IMG/VR virus record: IMGVR_UViG_3300001683_000001
Location: 1-64,000 of that record
Length of the DNA: 64,000 bases
Strand: one strand, 5' to 3'
Source: a virus
The notes under the pieces are model-generated. The model did not search any database, was not told where the DNA came from, and was given only the letters and a program-made list of their open reading frames with translations. Within the stretch, counting starts at the first letter, position 1; each line of letters starts with the position of its first letter. Both the position numbers and the translations under genes were made by a program. Shown in pieces: positions 1-9,392 of the stretch.

Positions 1-99
1 GTTCGTGGGATGGGGCCACATGCTCTCGCAAGGTGGAGTGTGCTGTGACGAGTGCAATTGGACTAAGGTTCTCCCGGCGAGAATGAAGGGGGTTCACCT

Positions 100-333
100 A
101 TGAGTATCGAAGCAACAGAACACCACGAAATCGTCCTTGAGGTCGAGTCAGAACTCAGAGGGCTACGCAAGGCGTTCGACTTGGTGCAGATTCACATCGA
201 GTCCTCTGCTGGTATCAAGGAAGGCGGCACGATGGAAATATATTTCAGGGCGGCATTGAGTTCAATCAATGAAGAAATCGAGTTCGCTCAGGGAGTCTTG
301 GACGAGATTACGGAGGATGATGAAGATGAGTGA
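100..333 (+). CDS. hypothetical acidic protein
   Basis: ORF in a run of stop/start-overlapping + strand genes. Confidence 0.6.
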   Translation: MSIEATEHHEIVLEVESELRGLRKAFDLVQIHIESSAGIKEGGTMEIYFRAALSSINEEIEFAQGVLDEITEDDEDE

Positions 334-688
334 GGTGCATGAGTGTTGCATCTGCTTCCAGCCGATGACCCACCCCTACATCGAGGATGACTATCTCGGC
401 AACGATGCCTACCCTGTGAAGGATGGCCGGTGCTGTGACCTGTGTGATTGCACAGTAGTCCTACCAGCCCGAATGCGGAGGCCGGGAACGATGTCGAACG
501 CCGCCCTGTTCATGATGCAGACCTCGATAATCGGTCGGGTGGCGAAGATACGCTTGAAGGCAGAGATAGGATTGTTAGACCATCCCGATTGCACCGAACC
601 CGAATGGATAAACCGACTGATGGAGATTGAGAAGGAGATGCACGACACCGCCATCCCCTTCTGCTTTCAGGAGGATGATGACGCATGA
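326..688 (+). CDS. Zn-finger protein (CCIC...GNDAYPVKDGRCCDLCD)
   Basis: Cys pattern common in small viral Zn fingers; start taken at MSEVHE overlapping the upstream stop. Confidence 0.6.
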   Translation: MSEVHECCICFQPMTHPYIEDDYLGNDAYPVKDGRCCDLCDCTVVLPARMRRPGTMSNAALFMMQTSIIGRVAKIRLKAEIGLLDHPDCTEPEWINRLMEIEKEMHDTAIPFCFQEDDDA

Positions 689-813
689 GCCGATGCAAGG
701 GTAATTTCCATCCCCATTGTGTCGAGGGGCGTTGCGCCTGTTGTATCAATTGGGAAGAATACCACTTCTCGATGTGCCGCTGTTGCGGGTTCCAATTTGA
801 GGTGAGCGAATGA
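685..813 (+). CDS. Cys-rich microprotein (42 aa, ends EVSE)
   Basis: Read manually; ATGA overlaps on both sides; not in ORF track. Confidence 0.55.
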   Translation: MSRCKGNFHPHCVEGRCACCINWEEYHFSMCRCCGFQFEVSE

Positions 814-980
814 GCGACCAAGTTCTCAGATGCGACAACGACGAATGCCGCATCGTCATATTCACAATGCAATCTCCGAAGTCCCGCCACAGGCAGATTG
901 AGGCGCGCATCTGCCCCGCTTGCATGATGGTTGCTCGATATGATTCGCGCGGGACTCCACTTGGGGAGGTGAGCGAATGA
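810..980 (+). CDS. Zn-ribbon microprotein (56 aa, CDNDEC...CPAC, ends EVSE)
   Basis: Read manually; GAGGTGA SD and ATGA coupling to both neighbours. Confidence 0.55.
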   Translation: MSDQVLRCDNDECRIVIFTMQSPKSRHRQIEARICPACMMVARYDSRGTPLGEVSE

Positions 981-1606
981 GTGACGACACCGAGATTATG
1001 TTCCCGATGATGGCCTTGCGGTTCATGAGCGAAGGCGGTATTCCACCTGACCTCTGCGACCCAAACGGCGACCCGATGGGTATCGGTGATGTGGCGTCCC
1101 TCTTGCTCCCTGCCTTCCAAGAACTCTGCGTAGGCATGGGCGTCAGCATGGACTTGATGATGGGTCGAGTGGCTGGTGAGGATTGGATAGCATTCACCGA
1201 TTCCGTCCATGAGGACAAAGAGGCATTCCAACATCCCGACAACGACTCACCGACCAAGCATGGGGTCGAGGCGGCGAAGGGAGGGGTGGACACGGCTGTT
1301 ATCCTCCCTCCCACCGGCGTCAGTTTTCAATCCGAGGACTTCAAAATCGAGGTCGATAGGATTGTTAAGGACTTCATGGAGAAGCAGGGCAGCGCGCTCG
1401 TCGAGGACATGAGGGGGTCAGAGGACCCTGAGTCGGTTAGAAGCCCTCAGATTGGCTCCATTGAGGAAGATACGGGCAGTTCCGACGACCCTGAGGTGTG
1501 TGGGTGCGAGTATCACCCCCGAAGCACCTACGAGTGTCCCTCCTGTTGGCGCGCGAGGAACGCCGAGTGGGATGTTGAGAATCCTGAGGACGGTGAGGAC
1601 GAGTGA
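977..1606 (+). CDS. hypothetical acidic protein with C-terminal CxCxxH-CxxC
   Basis: 209-aa ORF, GGAGGTGA SD. Confidence 0.65.
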   Translation: MSDDTEIMFPMMALRFMSEGGIPPDLCDPNGDPMGIGDVASLLLPAFQELCVGMGVSMDLMMGRVAGEDWIAFTDSVHEDKEAFQHPDNDSPTKHGVEAAKGGVDTAVILPPTGVSFQSEDFKIEVDRIVKDFMEKQGSALVEDMRGSEDPESVRSPQIGSIEEDTGSSDDPEVCGCEYHPRSTYECPSCWRARNAEWDVENPEDGEDE

Positions 1607-1758
1607 CCGCGATGGGAGAGCATCGGTGGGGGAGTCAATTCAAACTGACTCGCACCCGCAGGTGGTGGGTCTGCGACAAGTGCGGCCACCAACGGTCAGG
1701 TGGCCTATACAGAAGTCCTCCGAAGGCTGGATGCAAGGGCGACGGGAGTGAGTCCTGA
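1603..1758 (+). CDS. Zn-ribbon microprotein (HRW...CDKCG)
   Basis: GTG start overlapping upstream TGA; TGATG coupling to next gene. Confidence 0.45.
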   Translation: MTAMGEHRWGSQFKLTRTRRWWVCDKCGHQRSGGLYRSPPKAGCKGDGSES

Positions 1759-2396
1759 TGGCCTACAACACGCGGCGCAAGCAGGGAGGCCGGAGAGGCA
1801 AGCCCGTCACGCCAGCGCGCGGGAACCACCACCTACAACAGCGACCCATCATCGAGCAGGGATGCAAGAATGTGAGGTTGAATGGGTGTATGCTGAACGC
1901 TCATCAGAATGTGCTGGCGATGCTGACCCGGAAGGGACTCAGGAAGGTCAAGGATGGGAACCCTGACTTGGTGAGAATCGAGGTCGGCTCGATGGGCTTC
2001 CATTCGGATGACGGGTGGAAGACCCATTGGGAGTTCGGTGGGCCTCGTCAGCAGAAGGCCGAGCAGTTCGCCTCAGTCAGAGGCGGGGCTGTGGACGCTC
2101 ACGCTTGGGTCGTCTATACCACCCCGCAGGGTCAGGAGGTCATCATTGACCCCTACTTCTCTGCCTACGCTAACTACGCTCGCCAATGGGGAATCAAGAC
2201 GACGGATGTGAGTGCTTCTCGCGTCTTCCACAGCCTACGATTAGACGGTAGTGAGAAGGCCATAGAGCAACACGATATACTCAACATGATGATGGTCATC
2301 TTGACCGCCCAAACGGCTCCCAAGATTGCTCGCATCATCAAGCAGATTGGGAAGGCTCAACGACGCTTCGCCATCGGGGGTGATGAGAGTGAGTGA
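1758..2396 (+). CDS. hypothetical protein, possibly transglutaminase-like fold (C...HAWV...IIDP)
   Basis: GC..NA, HAW and IIDP resemble a transglutaminase-like catalytic triad; weak. Confidence 0.5.
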   Translation: MAYNTRRKQGGRRGKPVTPARGNHHLQQRPIIEQGCKNVRLNGCMLNAHQNVLAMLTRKGLRKVKDGNPDLVRIEVGSMGFHSDDGWKTHWEFGGPRQQKAEQFASVRGGAVDAHAWVVYTTPQGQEVIIDPYFSAYANYARQWGIKTTDVSASRVFHSLRLDGSEKAIEQHDILNMMMVILTAQTAPKIARIIKQIGKAQRRFAIGGDESE

Positions 2397-2510
2397 CCTC
2401 GCTTCCCAAATCCAAGCCGACCGTGTTCGGCAAGCCGCCGCGAAAGTCGCATATCGTCAGCGAAAGCAAGCCGCGAAAAACCGGAACCAACCGACCGATT
2501 CACAGCGCAA

Positions 2511-2565
2511 TTGTTCCACAGAACATGCGCGATTCTCGCGTGCGTGCGCGCACCCACGCGCGAGG
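2511..2565. repeat. bipartite element (palindrome + RY hairpin)
   Basis: TTGTTCCACAGAACAT, 8 bp, CTCGCG...CGCGAG. Confidence 0.9.
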
Positions 2566-2706
2566 CGAGGTGATGACCGTGACTAATTCGCATGATTGGG
2601 AGTGGGTCAAATTGGCCGACCCGGCTCATCGAGGATTCCATCTCTGCAAGCGATGTGGGGTCCGAGTCATCGGCGGCATCAAGAGATTGATAGTGGGGTG
2701 TGTCTG

Positions 2707-3282
2707 ATGCCAAATGTGCTACACCCCCATGACTACGATGAGTGGAATCATGTGAAGGCAAGGGCGCAGTATTATACTCCGGCGAAAAGGACATCGAGCA
2801 TGCACAGGCAGAAGGAGATAGACACCATAGAGGGTCGCATACAGCGTAAGGAACTCATCCCGGTCACAGGACGCACCCGCGTCCCACGCAGAGGCATAGG
2901 ACGCATCGTAGTATCTCTCTGCGGGAGGGAGGTCCGAGTCTATCACCTGTCTTGGTCGGCGTTGTCTTGCGAATGTGGTGAGAAACATGAGAAGGCTGAT
3001 TTTTTCGTAGTGAACCCCAATCCCAATCCTCGCCCTAACGACAACCCCTACGATGACCGTCCATGCCTTGAGTGTGGAGAGGTGGTCGAGCAAATCGGAG
3101 TCGGACGACCTCGTATTGTTTGTGCGGGGGAGTGTGCGAGGTTGCTGAACATCAAACAGACCGCCTCGCGTAGTAGCGACGAGAGAGAGCGAGAGCGAGA
3201 GAGGGCAGGGAGAGCGAGAGCGAGAGCGAGGTCGGCGGCAAGAAGGGCTACGGCACATCTCAGGGTTGGTCTGCATGAGTGA
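2707..3282 (+). CDS. Zn-binding basic protein (CLECG...CAGEC, RE/RA-rich tail)
   Basis: TGATG coupling; Cys motifs. Confidence 0.55.
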   Translation: MPNVLHPHDYDEWNHVKARAQYYTPAKRTSSMHRQKEIDTIEGRIQRKELIPVTGRTRVPRRGIGRIVVSLCGREVRVYHLSWSALSCECGEKHEKADFFVVNPNPNPRPNDNPYDDRPCLECGEVVEQIGVGRPRIVCAGECARLLNIKQTASRSSDERERERERAGRARARARSAARRATAHLRVGLHE

Positions 3283-3463
3283 TACCATCGAGTATGAGTG
3301 CCTCACGGATGGGTGTGGGTGCAGGTGTAGGAGCATGACTTCCCTGAGGAACTTGGGGCTGGCTACCTACTCTCGCCACATCATGCACCCTCGCTCGACC
3401 AATTACATCATGTTCTGTCGCAAACACTTCTCGGACTACCTCCACCGACGGGGGTGGATGTGA
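3275..3463 (+). CDS. small Cys/His protein
   Basis: Overlapping start; CxxxxC/C/H pattern. Confidence 0.45.
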   Translation: MSDTIEYECLTDGCGCRCRSMTSLRNLGLATYSRHIMHPRSTNYIMFCRKHFSDYLHRRGWM

Positions 3464-3522
3464 TGTCCGATTCCACATGGACAAATACATCATTTGACCA
3501 TTCAAAGTTCAAGGTGGCCTGA

Positions 3523-4377
3523 ATGAGTTTTAAGAGCATAACGCGCGAGCGCAGGGCCATCGCCAAAGCACTCGATTACCTCGCTTCCACCGCCTCTCAG
3601 GTGTGGGGCTACACAGCACCGGGGTCGTGCGTGACGGAGGCCCACATCATCGCAAAGGTCCTCACCCGATACTTCGGCATTCCCTCGACCGTGATAGCCG
3701 CCGACATGAGCGCATGGAACTCTGCCTCCGAGGCGAATCAGATGGAGATAGAGCAACGGCTCAAGGACGGCCATCCTCCTGAGAAGATGTTCGATGACCT
3801 CGGTATGAAGAATGGTATATTCCTCCGCCTGAGTCACAAAGGCCACGACGGGACTGACCCCAATTACGAGGGTCGCACCAACCCTCGCCATTATGGCCCC
3901 GACGCAGAGGGGTATGACGGTCACACAATCGTCCAAACACCGAACTTCATCATTGACTCCACGCTTGGTCAAATCAACCGCGACGAGCGCATCCAAGCAC
4001 CGAAGGTCATGGTGTATGAGCGCAAGCACTTCGGCCCGTTGTCTGACGACTATTCATGGCTGATGAACGAGGTCCCTATCCCGACGGCTCCCGTAGGCGC
4101 GAGGCCGGTTGGCTACGATGCCGATGGGAACCTCCATCCCCTCGACATGACGAAGGTCAGAGTCGAGAGTTTGGGGATGCTGACTCCGCATTCAATCAAG
4201 CCTGAGAAGGTGGCTATCGTGAAGGTGGGAGAGGACACATGGTTGGCCCTCTGCCTACGCCCCGACATCTCGGTTGAGAAGGAGATGGAGATTCATCAAT
4301 TCGACAATGGATGGTTCGGGCAGACGAACGCCATGAGCCGCACCGTCGAGAAGCGTCTGCGGCGGTCGGGTGCATGA
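3523..4377 (+). CDS. hypothetical protein, possibly transglutaminase-like (GSC...GH...IIDST)
   Basis: 284-aa ORF. Confidence 0.6.
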   Translation: MSFKSITRERRAIAKALDYLASTASQVWGYTAPGSCVTEAHIIAKVLTRYFGIPSTVIAADMSAWNSASEANQMEIEQRLKDGHPPEKMFDDLGMKNGIFLRLSHKGHDGTDPNYEGRTNPRHYGPDAEGYDGHTIVQTPNFIIDSTLGQINRDERIQAPKVMVYERKHFGPLSDDYSWLMNEVPIPTAPVGARPVGYDADGNLHPLDMTKVRVESLGMLTPHSIKPEKVAIVKVGEDTWLALCLRPDISVEKEMEIHQFDNGWFGQTNAMSRTVEKRLRRSGA

Positions 4378-4655
4378 GTCGAAAGGTCAGGCGCAGAGAA
4401 GGGCGCATAGCCGTCGTCAAGTGGGCGATGGTTGGAATGGTGGGTCAAACTCATTTCACGGCCTCAGATTGCGCCTATCATATCAGGAATGCCGAGTATA
4501 TTCCGATGGTGTGCGGCATCCAGCGAAGTAGCGCGCATCTGTGGGCCTCCGCGCATCGCGTGGGGAACATCTTGACGGCGATGGCTCGGCGTGGTGAAAT
4601 CAAGATGGAGGCTCCACCGGGAGTCGCTCACATCTACACTCTGCTTGACGAGTGA
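4374..4655 (+). CDS. putative winged-helix DNA-binding protein
   Basis: FTASD...HRVGNILTAMARRGEI pattern is wHTH-like. Confidence 0.4.
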   Translation: MSRKVRRREGRIAVVKWAMVGMVGQTHFTASDCAYHIRNAEYIPMVCGIQRSSAHLWASAHRVGNILTAMARRGEIKMEAPPGVAHIYTLLDE

Positions 4656-4720
4656 ACCCTCGACCCCTCCGGTCGTAGGAATCTCAGACTACTTGAACTC
4701 CGCAAGGTCGAGGATTTTCC

Positions 4721-4918
4721 ATGTTCGGGAGAACATCCTCGATTCCACATCGAATCTCAGCGAGTTTTTTCTCGTTAAATCATCGAAAAAAAGATGTTTT
4801 TTTCTCGTTTTGTCGGTGGCTTTCAATGTTCCACAGAACAAATCGTCGGAATCAGGCTGAAATCGGGGTTCTGTGGAACATTTCGGAATCCCTCGCGTGC
4901 GCGCGCGCGGGGGCGAGG
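4721..4918. repeat. cluster of three palindromes + RY hairpin
   Basis: Copies at 4721, 4826 and 4866; CTCGCG tract from 4892. Confidence 0.9.
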
Positions 4919-4958
4919 TGGCGATTCTTTCAAGACGGTGGGAGTCAGAGGGGAGATT

Positions 4959-5195
4959 GCGAACGGCAATCATCTCCACCTTGTCTGCAAACAGGGTGTC
5001 GGGGGTGCGGGGGCCGGTCGTGGTGTGCTAACTCACCTCATATCCCCGCATTCCCACCTACCAAGATTCAAGAGGGTGGGACACATCGTCAGGTCGCTTT
5101 CGGATAAATCATGGCCTCTCGCTTCATTGTGAGAGGGGTGACGGTGGGCCGGGAGTGAGGGTGGTTCCTCGGTTATAACCCACCGTCACCGGCAA
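4959..5195 (+). ncRNA. candidate structured ncRNA(s)
   Basis: Two class-II promoter boxes (4929, 5067) have no ATG at +30 and are followed by stems 5001-5012/5044-5055 (2 G-U), 5115-5122/5129-5136 and 5137-5148/5179-5190. Confidence 0.4.
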
Positions 5196-5238
5196 CCCAA
5201 CCGCCTCTGAGATTAACCACCACTCATCCAATGAATCT

Positions 5239-5670
5239 GTGTCTGCGCTGCGCGGTATTGGAGTGGTTAAATCGGTTATAGCCCTCTGCATCGTAATGAT
5301 GCTCGTCCTTGCTATCATGATGCCCCCTCTGCCTGAGCGAGTGATAATATGGTGGGACGAAGGTCAATGCTGGTGGTTCGATGGAACCATCGAGGACAAG
5401 TGGATTGAGGAAGGCGATGGGAATGCTCTGACGAAGGACTACCTGTTCCTCGTCAATGGAACTCTTAGTGACCTCGATGAAGACGGGATAACTCCGATGT
5501 TCGGCAACAACACGACCCGCATCTCGATGGTCATGCACGGCGATGCGTGGGACTACGATTGGTTTGAGGTCGGCATGTATTACGAGGGGTATGCGTGCGA
5601 CACCGTTCCCTTGCGAGAGGCGGTCATATCAGGGACACTTGAAATCCTGATTTGGGCGACAGATTCTTGA
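5239..5670 (+). CDS. membrane-anchored hypothetical protein
   Basis: N-terminal hydrophobic helix, acidic ectodomain. Confidence 0.55.
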   Translation: MSALRGIGVVKSVIALCIVMMLVLAIMMPPLPERVIIWWDEGQCWWFDGTIEDKWIEEGDGNALTKDYLFLVNGTLSDLDEDGITPMFGNNTTRISMVMHGDAWDYDWFEVGMYYEGYACDTVPLREAVISGTLEILIWATDS

Positions 5671-5694
5671 CGGTGGGGCTGAGTAGCAACGGGC

Positions 5695-5865
5695 ATGGAA
5701 CGAGCGTGGAAGTTTGGTGTGACCGACCAACCACAGCGTATGGGGCGTAGCATCCAAGCCATCGTGTTAGCCAATCCAATAGGGACAGAGTTCGTGCTAA
5801 AACGAGAGGACGATATGATAGTCATCAGACCGAGAGGACAGCCCCATGATTTCCAAGATGACTAA
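5695..5865 (+). CDS. 56-aa hypothetical protein
   Basis: ATG lies 31 nt after promoter box TTCTTGACGGTGGG (5664). Confidence 0.5.
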   Translation: MERAWKFGVTDQPQRMGRSIQAIVLANPIGTEFVLKREDDMIVIRPRGQPHDFQDD

Positions 5866-6397
5866 CCCGCTTTCAGTCGAACACCTGCTCCGGGTCAGGG
5901 AGATTTACAGGACTCTCAGGCATGAGCGAGAAGAACTATTCGGAGGGTTGCAGTTCAGCATGTCTTGGCTTCGCATCCGCTACCTCAAGCGCGGCACTAT
6001 CCGCACGATGGCTACTGCCTCGTTCGACCCACCCACGCTCTCTCTCCACAGGGATGCTTTCGACTACAACCACCCTGTCGTTCTCAGGGGTCTGATTCAC
6101 CACGAACTCATTCACTTCATTCTCGGTCCTGAGATTGGTCATTCACGCCTGTTCTCCACCTGCGAGCGCGAGTGGTGCGAGTGGGATGACTACCGCTACC
6201 ACCGAGGCAAGTTTGTGCGGCTCATCGAGGAACACGCTCGGTCAGATGGACGGCTCCACCGATACGAGTGTCCGAACTGTGAAATCGTCCTTCTCAGGTC
6301 GAGGGAGATGAAGCCCGAATCGGCTTGCTCCGATTGCTGTGAGTCATTCAACGATGGAGTATGGTCAGAGTCCTATATCTTGAGATGCGCTGATTGA
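5858..6397 (+). CDS. SprT-like zinc metalloprotease
   Basis: HHELIH...GH, then YECPNC...CSDC. Confidence 0.75.
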   Translation: MTNPLSVEHLLRVREIYRTLRHEREELFGGLQFSMSWLRIRYLKRGTIRTMATASFDPPTLSLHRDAFDYNHPVVLRGLIHHELIHFILGPEIGHSRLFSTCEREWCEWDDYRYHRGKFVRLIEEHARSDGRLHRYECPNCEIVLLRSREMKPESACSDCCESFNDGVWSESYILRCAD

Positions 6398-6442
6398 TAA
6401 GGGACCGACAGCCCCGGCGACCTACAAAGGAGAGAATACACA

Positions 6443-6925
6443 ATGACTACAACAGTTCCGACCATAGATAAAATGACGATGAAAGCCATGACGAGGAAGG
6501 CCATTGAAGACGCCTTCGTTGCGAGGGGTTGCACGACCTCTCAGAAGACGGCGGGAGCCGTCAAATATACCCCGATTTCGTTCGGTGAAAGTGACCAGCG
6601 GCTTGCCGCGATTTACGGTTCCAAAGGCGGAGCCGCGTCGGTGTGGATTAAGGAGGAAACTTGGACGAGATTGCGACCCCATGTGAATCCCGATAATATC
6701 CGAGTCGAGGATGTAGATTTATTCGGTCGTGGCTTCCAATGGGCCGTCCATTTTGACCACCACGATGACCCCCTAATCCTACACTTGGCCGACATCGCCG
6801 TCGAGTGTGGAACTGAGCGTTGGGAGAGAGCGAAGATGCGCCGCGAGGCCGACTCTCGCCGCGAGTCCATACGGGCAGAACGCGAAGCCGAGATGGCAGA
6901 ACGGAAGCGCGACCCCTTCGCGTAG
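6443..6925 (+). CDS. hypothetical protein
   Basis: AAAGGAG SD; TTGATAAG box at ~6394. Confidence 0.65.
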   Translation: MTTTVPTIDKMTMKAMTRKAIEDAFVARGCTTSQKTAGAVKYTPISFGESDQRLAAIYGSKGGAASVWIKEETWTRLRPHVNPDNIRVEDVDLFGRGFQWAVHFDHHDDPLILHLADIAVECGTERWERAKMRREADSRRESIRAEREAEMAERKRDPFA

Positions 6926-7023
6926 GCGCGAACAGCGCGTGCGTGACGACCCTCGATGAACCCGTTCCATAGGAATAGTCAGATTCGGAGCATTCATAAC
7001 CAACGGCTTGACCCCTACGGGGC

Positions 7024-8370
7024 ATGAGTAGTGGAAAAACCGCAATCATAACCCCTGATGACCTACCATTGACCGACCTCGTGGACACCCACACCGAGCA
7101 TCTCTCGGATTGGGAATCGAAGTTCTGCCGGGATGTTCATCGTCGCTGTGGCTACGATGTCCCAAGCCCGAAGCAGATGGCTGTCCTTCACCGTATTCAG
7201 ACGAAGGTGGCGAAGGTTCTCAACACCGAGAGTGGAGCCATCGTGAGGCATCGTCCTCACAACGACCGACCGACCCTGAGCGAGAGCGACCAAGAGGCCC
7301 TCGATGGTCTGCAAGATGCCCTCGACAACGACAGGGTTCCCGACAAGAGCAAAGACTTCGCCGCCGACCTAATCAGGAAGGGCAAGAAGTATGGCCTCTC
7401 GGAGAAGCAGATGTATTGGGTTCGCAAACTCGGCGGGGTCACAGCCGCCACCGTAGCCAGCATCCCGACCAACCCTGAGATTGAGGCACTTCGACCATAC
7501 CTCCCCTACCTTAGCGAGAAGTCCGCCAAGTTCGCTGGCGACCTCGTTAAGCAGTATGACCTCAGAGGCTCCCTGAGTAGCAACCAATGGACATGGGTCG
7601 AGAAGATGACCATCACCGGCAAGGAGGCGCACAGGACCGCGCTCCGCGAGGACAACGCGGTCATCCCTGACTACACGGCTGTCGTCGAACTATTCGACAG
7701 GACAGAAGGGACCCTCAAGCAACCCAAGATACACCTGCTGGTGGATGCGGGCGATGGGGTTCCCTTCCGACCCGGCTGGACACCCATGATGAGGGAACTC
7801 GTCGTCCGAGCCAAGAGGCGCAACAACGAGGACCCCGACACCCTCTATGTCGAGATAGCCAACCGGACTGTTCAGATGGTAGAGAAGGACGATGGGACCA
7901 ACCGCAGAGGTCGCTCTGAGTCGAGCCGCCCTGAGAGCATGGGTCAGGTCGAGAAGACCCCCAAGATATTCCGTCCTCGGAACCACACCCCTGATGATGT
8001 CCTCATCGTCATGGAGCAGTTCCGCAACGACCCCCTCGGCACGATAGTCCGACTCGGCAAGGCAACAGGCCGATGTTCGTTCTGCGGCTCGCCGCTGTGG
8101 GAACGCCGAAGCCGCGCTCATGGCTACGGCCCGGTCTGCGCCAAGCACTACGGCCTTGAGTGGTCCCACGACCACGCTGATGAGGTCGAGGCTGGTATCG
8201 AGGAAGCCGTTAGCCGACAGGTCATGGAACTACGCCCCGGAGTGTGGTCTGTGGTGGATGTTGAACTCAACGAGGTCATCATCTCCTACGACAACATCGA
8301 GCAAGCACAGGCAGACATTGACGAGTGGTCCCGCTTGGAGCGCACCTACACGGACGGGGGTGAGGCGTGA
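7024..8370 (+). CDS. hypothetical protein with three F..DL....LSxKQ helical repeats and a C-terminal DUF6011-like Zn finger
   Basis: GRCSFCGSPL...S...GYGPVCAKH motif. Confidence 0.65.
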   Translation: MSSGKTAIITPDDLPLTDLVDTHTEHLSDWESKFCRDVHRRCGYDVPSPKQMAVLHRIQTKVAKVLNTESGAIVRHRPHNDRPTLSESDQEALDGLQDALDNDRVPDKSKDFAADLIRKGKKYGLSEKQMYWVRKLGGVTAATVASIPTNPEIEALRPYLPYLSEKSAKFAGDLVKQYDLRGSLSSNQWTWVEKMTITGKEAHRTALREDNAVIPDYTAVVELFDRTEGTLKQPKIHLLVDAGDGVPFRPGWTPMMRELVVRAKRRNNEDPDTLYVEIANRTVQMVEKDDGTNRRGRSESSRPESMGQVEKTPKIFRPRNHTPDDVLIVMEQFRNDPLGTIVRLGKATGRCSFCGSPLWERRSRAHGYGPVCAKHYGLEWSHDHADEVEAGIEEAVSRQVMELRPGVWSVVDVELNEVIISYDNIEQAQADIDEWSRLERTYTDGGEA

Positions 8371-8510
8371 TGGGAAGCCACACCACCTTCGACCTGATGG
8401 AGAGCCTCCGACTGTGGTTCCCCGACTTCGACGACGAGATGCTCCGCGAACTCTTGGAGAGCATCTCCGACCGACCTGACCTCCTGACCCTGATAGGCGG
8501 GTGGGCCTGA
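8370..8510 (+). CDS. 46-aa hypothetical protein
   Basis: TGATG coupling, GGGGTGAGG SD. Confidence 0.4.
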   Translation: MGSHTTFDLMESLRLWFPDFDDEMLRELLESISDRPDLLTLIGGWA

Positions 8511-8785
8511 TGTCCTACGCCTACGACTTCTGACCGGTTGAATCGGTCGCGCCGCCGGACGCTCTCCGGTATCAATCTCGATGGCTCCGGGTGCTGACCG
8601 TATCTCAGGCAGGGTGGAGGACCGATTCAGCCGATTCTGACCCAAATGGAGGCTCATACAGCCCGTCCAACCGGTTAGAGGCCCCGATAGAGCCTGATAT
8701 GGTTCAACGCGCTCTACGGCCCTCTATTCTGAATCGGCATTTTCGACCTGATTTTTCCTGATTCCTGTATTCTCGGCATTACCGA

Positions 8786-8880
8786 ATGTTCCGCAGAACA
8801 TGAGCGAACCTCGCGCGTGGGTGCGCGCGCCCGCGCGTAGGCGGGAGCGCAGGTGAGTGCGAGCGAGTGGGCGACGCTCT
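8786..8880. repeat. bipartite element
   Basis: ATGTTCCGCAGAACAT, 8 bp, CTCGCG. Confidence 0.9.
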
Positions 8881-8889
8881 CGGCGGGGC

Positions 8890-9180
8890 TTACTGTCCGC
8901 CGCCATAATGGAACCACATCTCAATCCAATCGGGGTTGTGAGCGCGGTCCAATCCGTCAAGACACTTCTTGCAGATGCGCCCTGCGGCGAGGGCCTCGTT
9001 CCATCCGTCGAAGTCCATCCTCACGATGCCGTCTTCCCAACCCTCGTTCTCGACCGAAAGGCCGAGGATGTTGCAGGTGTTATCCACTCGGATTGTAGTG
9101 ACTTCGTGAGTGTGGCTCACACCGTAGGAGAAGTGAATCTTCCCCTGTGGGGTGACTTGGTAAAGGAACCTCTCAGACAT
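8890..9180 (-). CDS. hypothetical protein (early cassette 1)
   Basis: GAGGTGG SD; TGAGATG junction. Confidence 0.6.
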   Translation of the reverse strand: MSERFLYQVTPQGKIHFSYGVSHTHEVTTIRVDNTCNILGLSVENEGWEDGIVRMDFDGWNEALAAGRICKKCLDGLDRAHNPDWIEMWFHYGGGQ

Positions 9181-9181
9181 C

Positions 9182-9391
9182 TCAATCCCACCTCATTTCA
9201 AGTGCTTCTCGGAGGGTGTGAAAGACAGCGATAAAATCCCCGTTGGCTTCAATAACCCACCATGTTGCTCCACCTATCGCGGAGCCGAGTTCTCGGTTCT
9301 GCTCGATGGTAGTTTGACCGCTTGCACTCACCCACACACCGGCCTGTGTCGAAGTGAAGGTTCCATAGGTTCCAATCTTGGTCCGGCTCAT
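9182..9391 (-). CDS. hypothetical protein (early cassette 1)
   Basis: GGAGGCGAACTGAGATG junction. Confidence 0.6.
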   Translation of the reverse strand: MSRTKIGTYGTFTSTQAGVWVSASGQTTIEQNRELGSAIGGATWWVIEANGDFIAVFHTLREALEMRWD

Positions 9392-9392
9392 C

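Noticed and set aside
4979-5063. tRNA-Cys (CTGCAAA loop, CCA end)
   Set aside because: No cloverleaf or T-loop consensus; kept only as a generic ncRNA candidate
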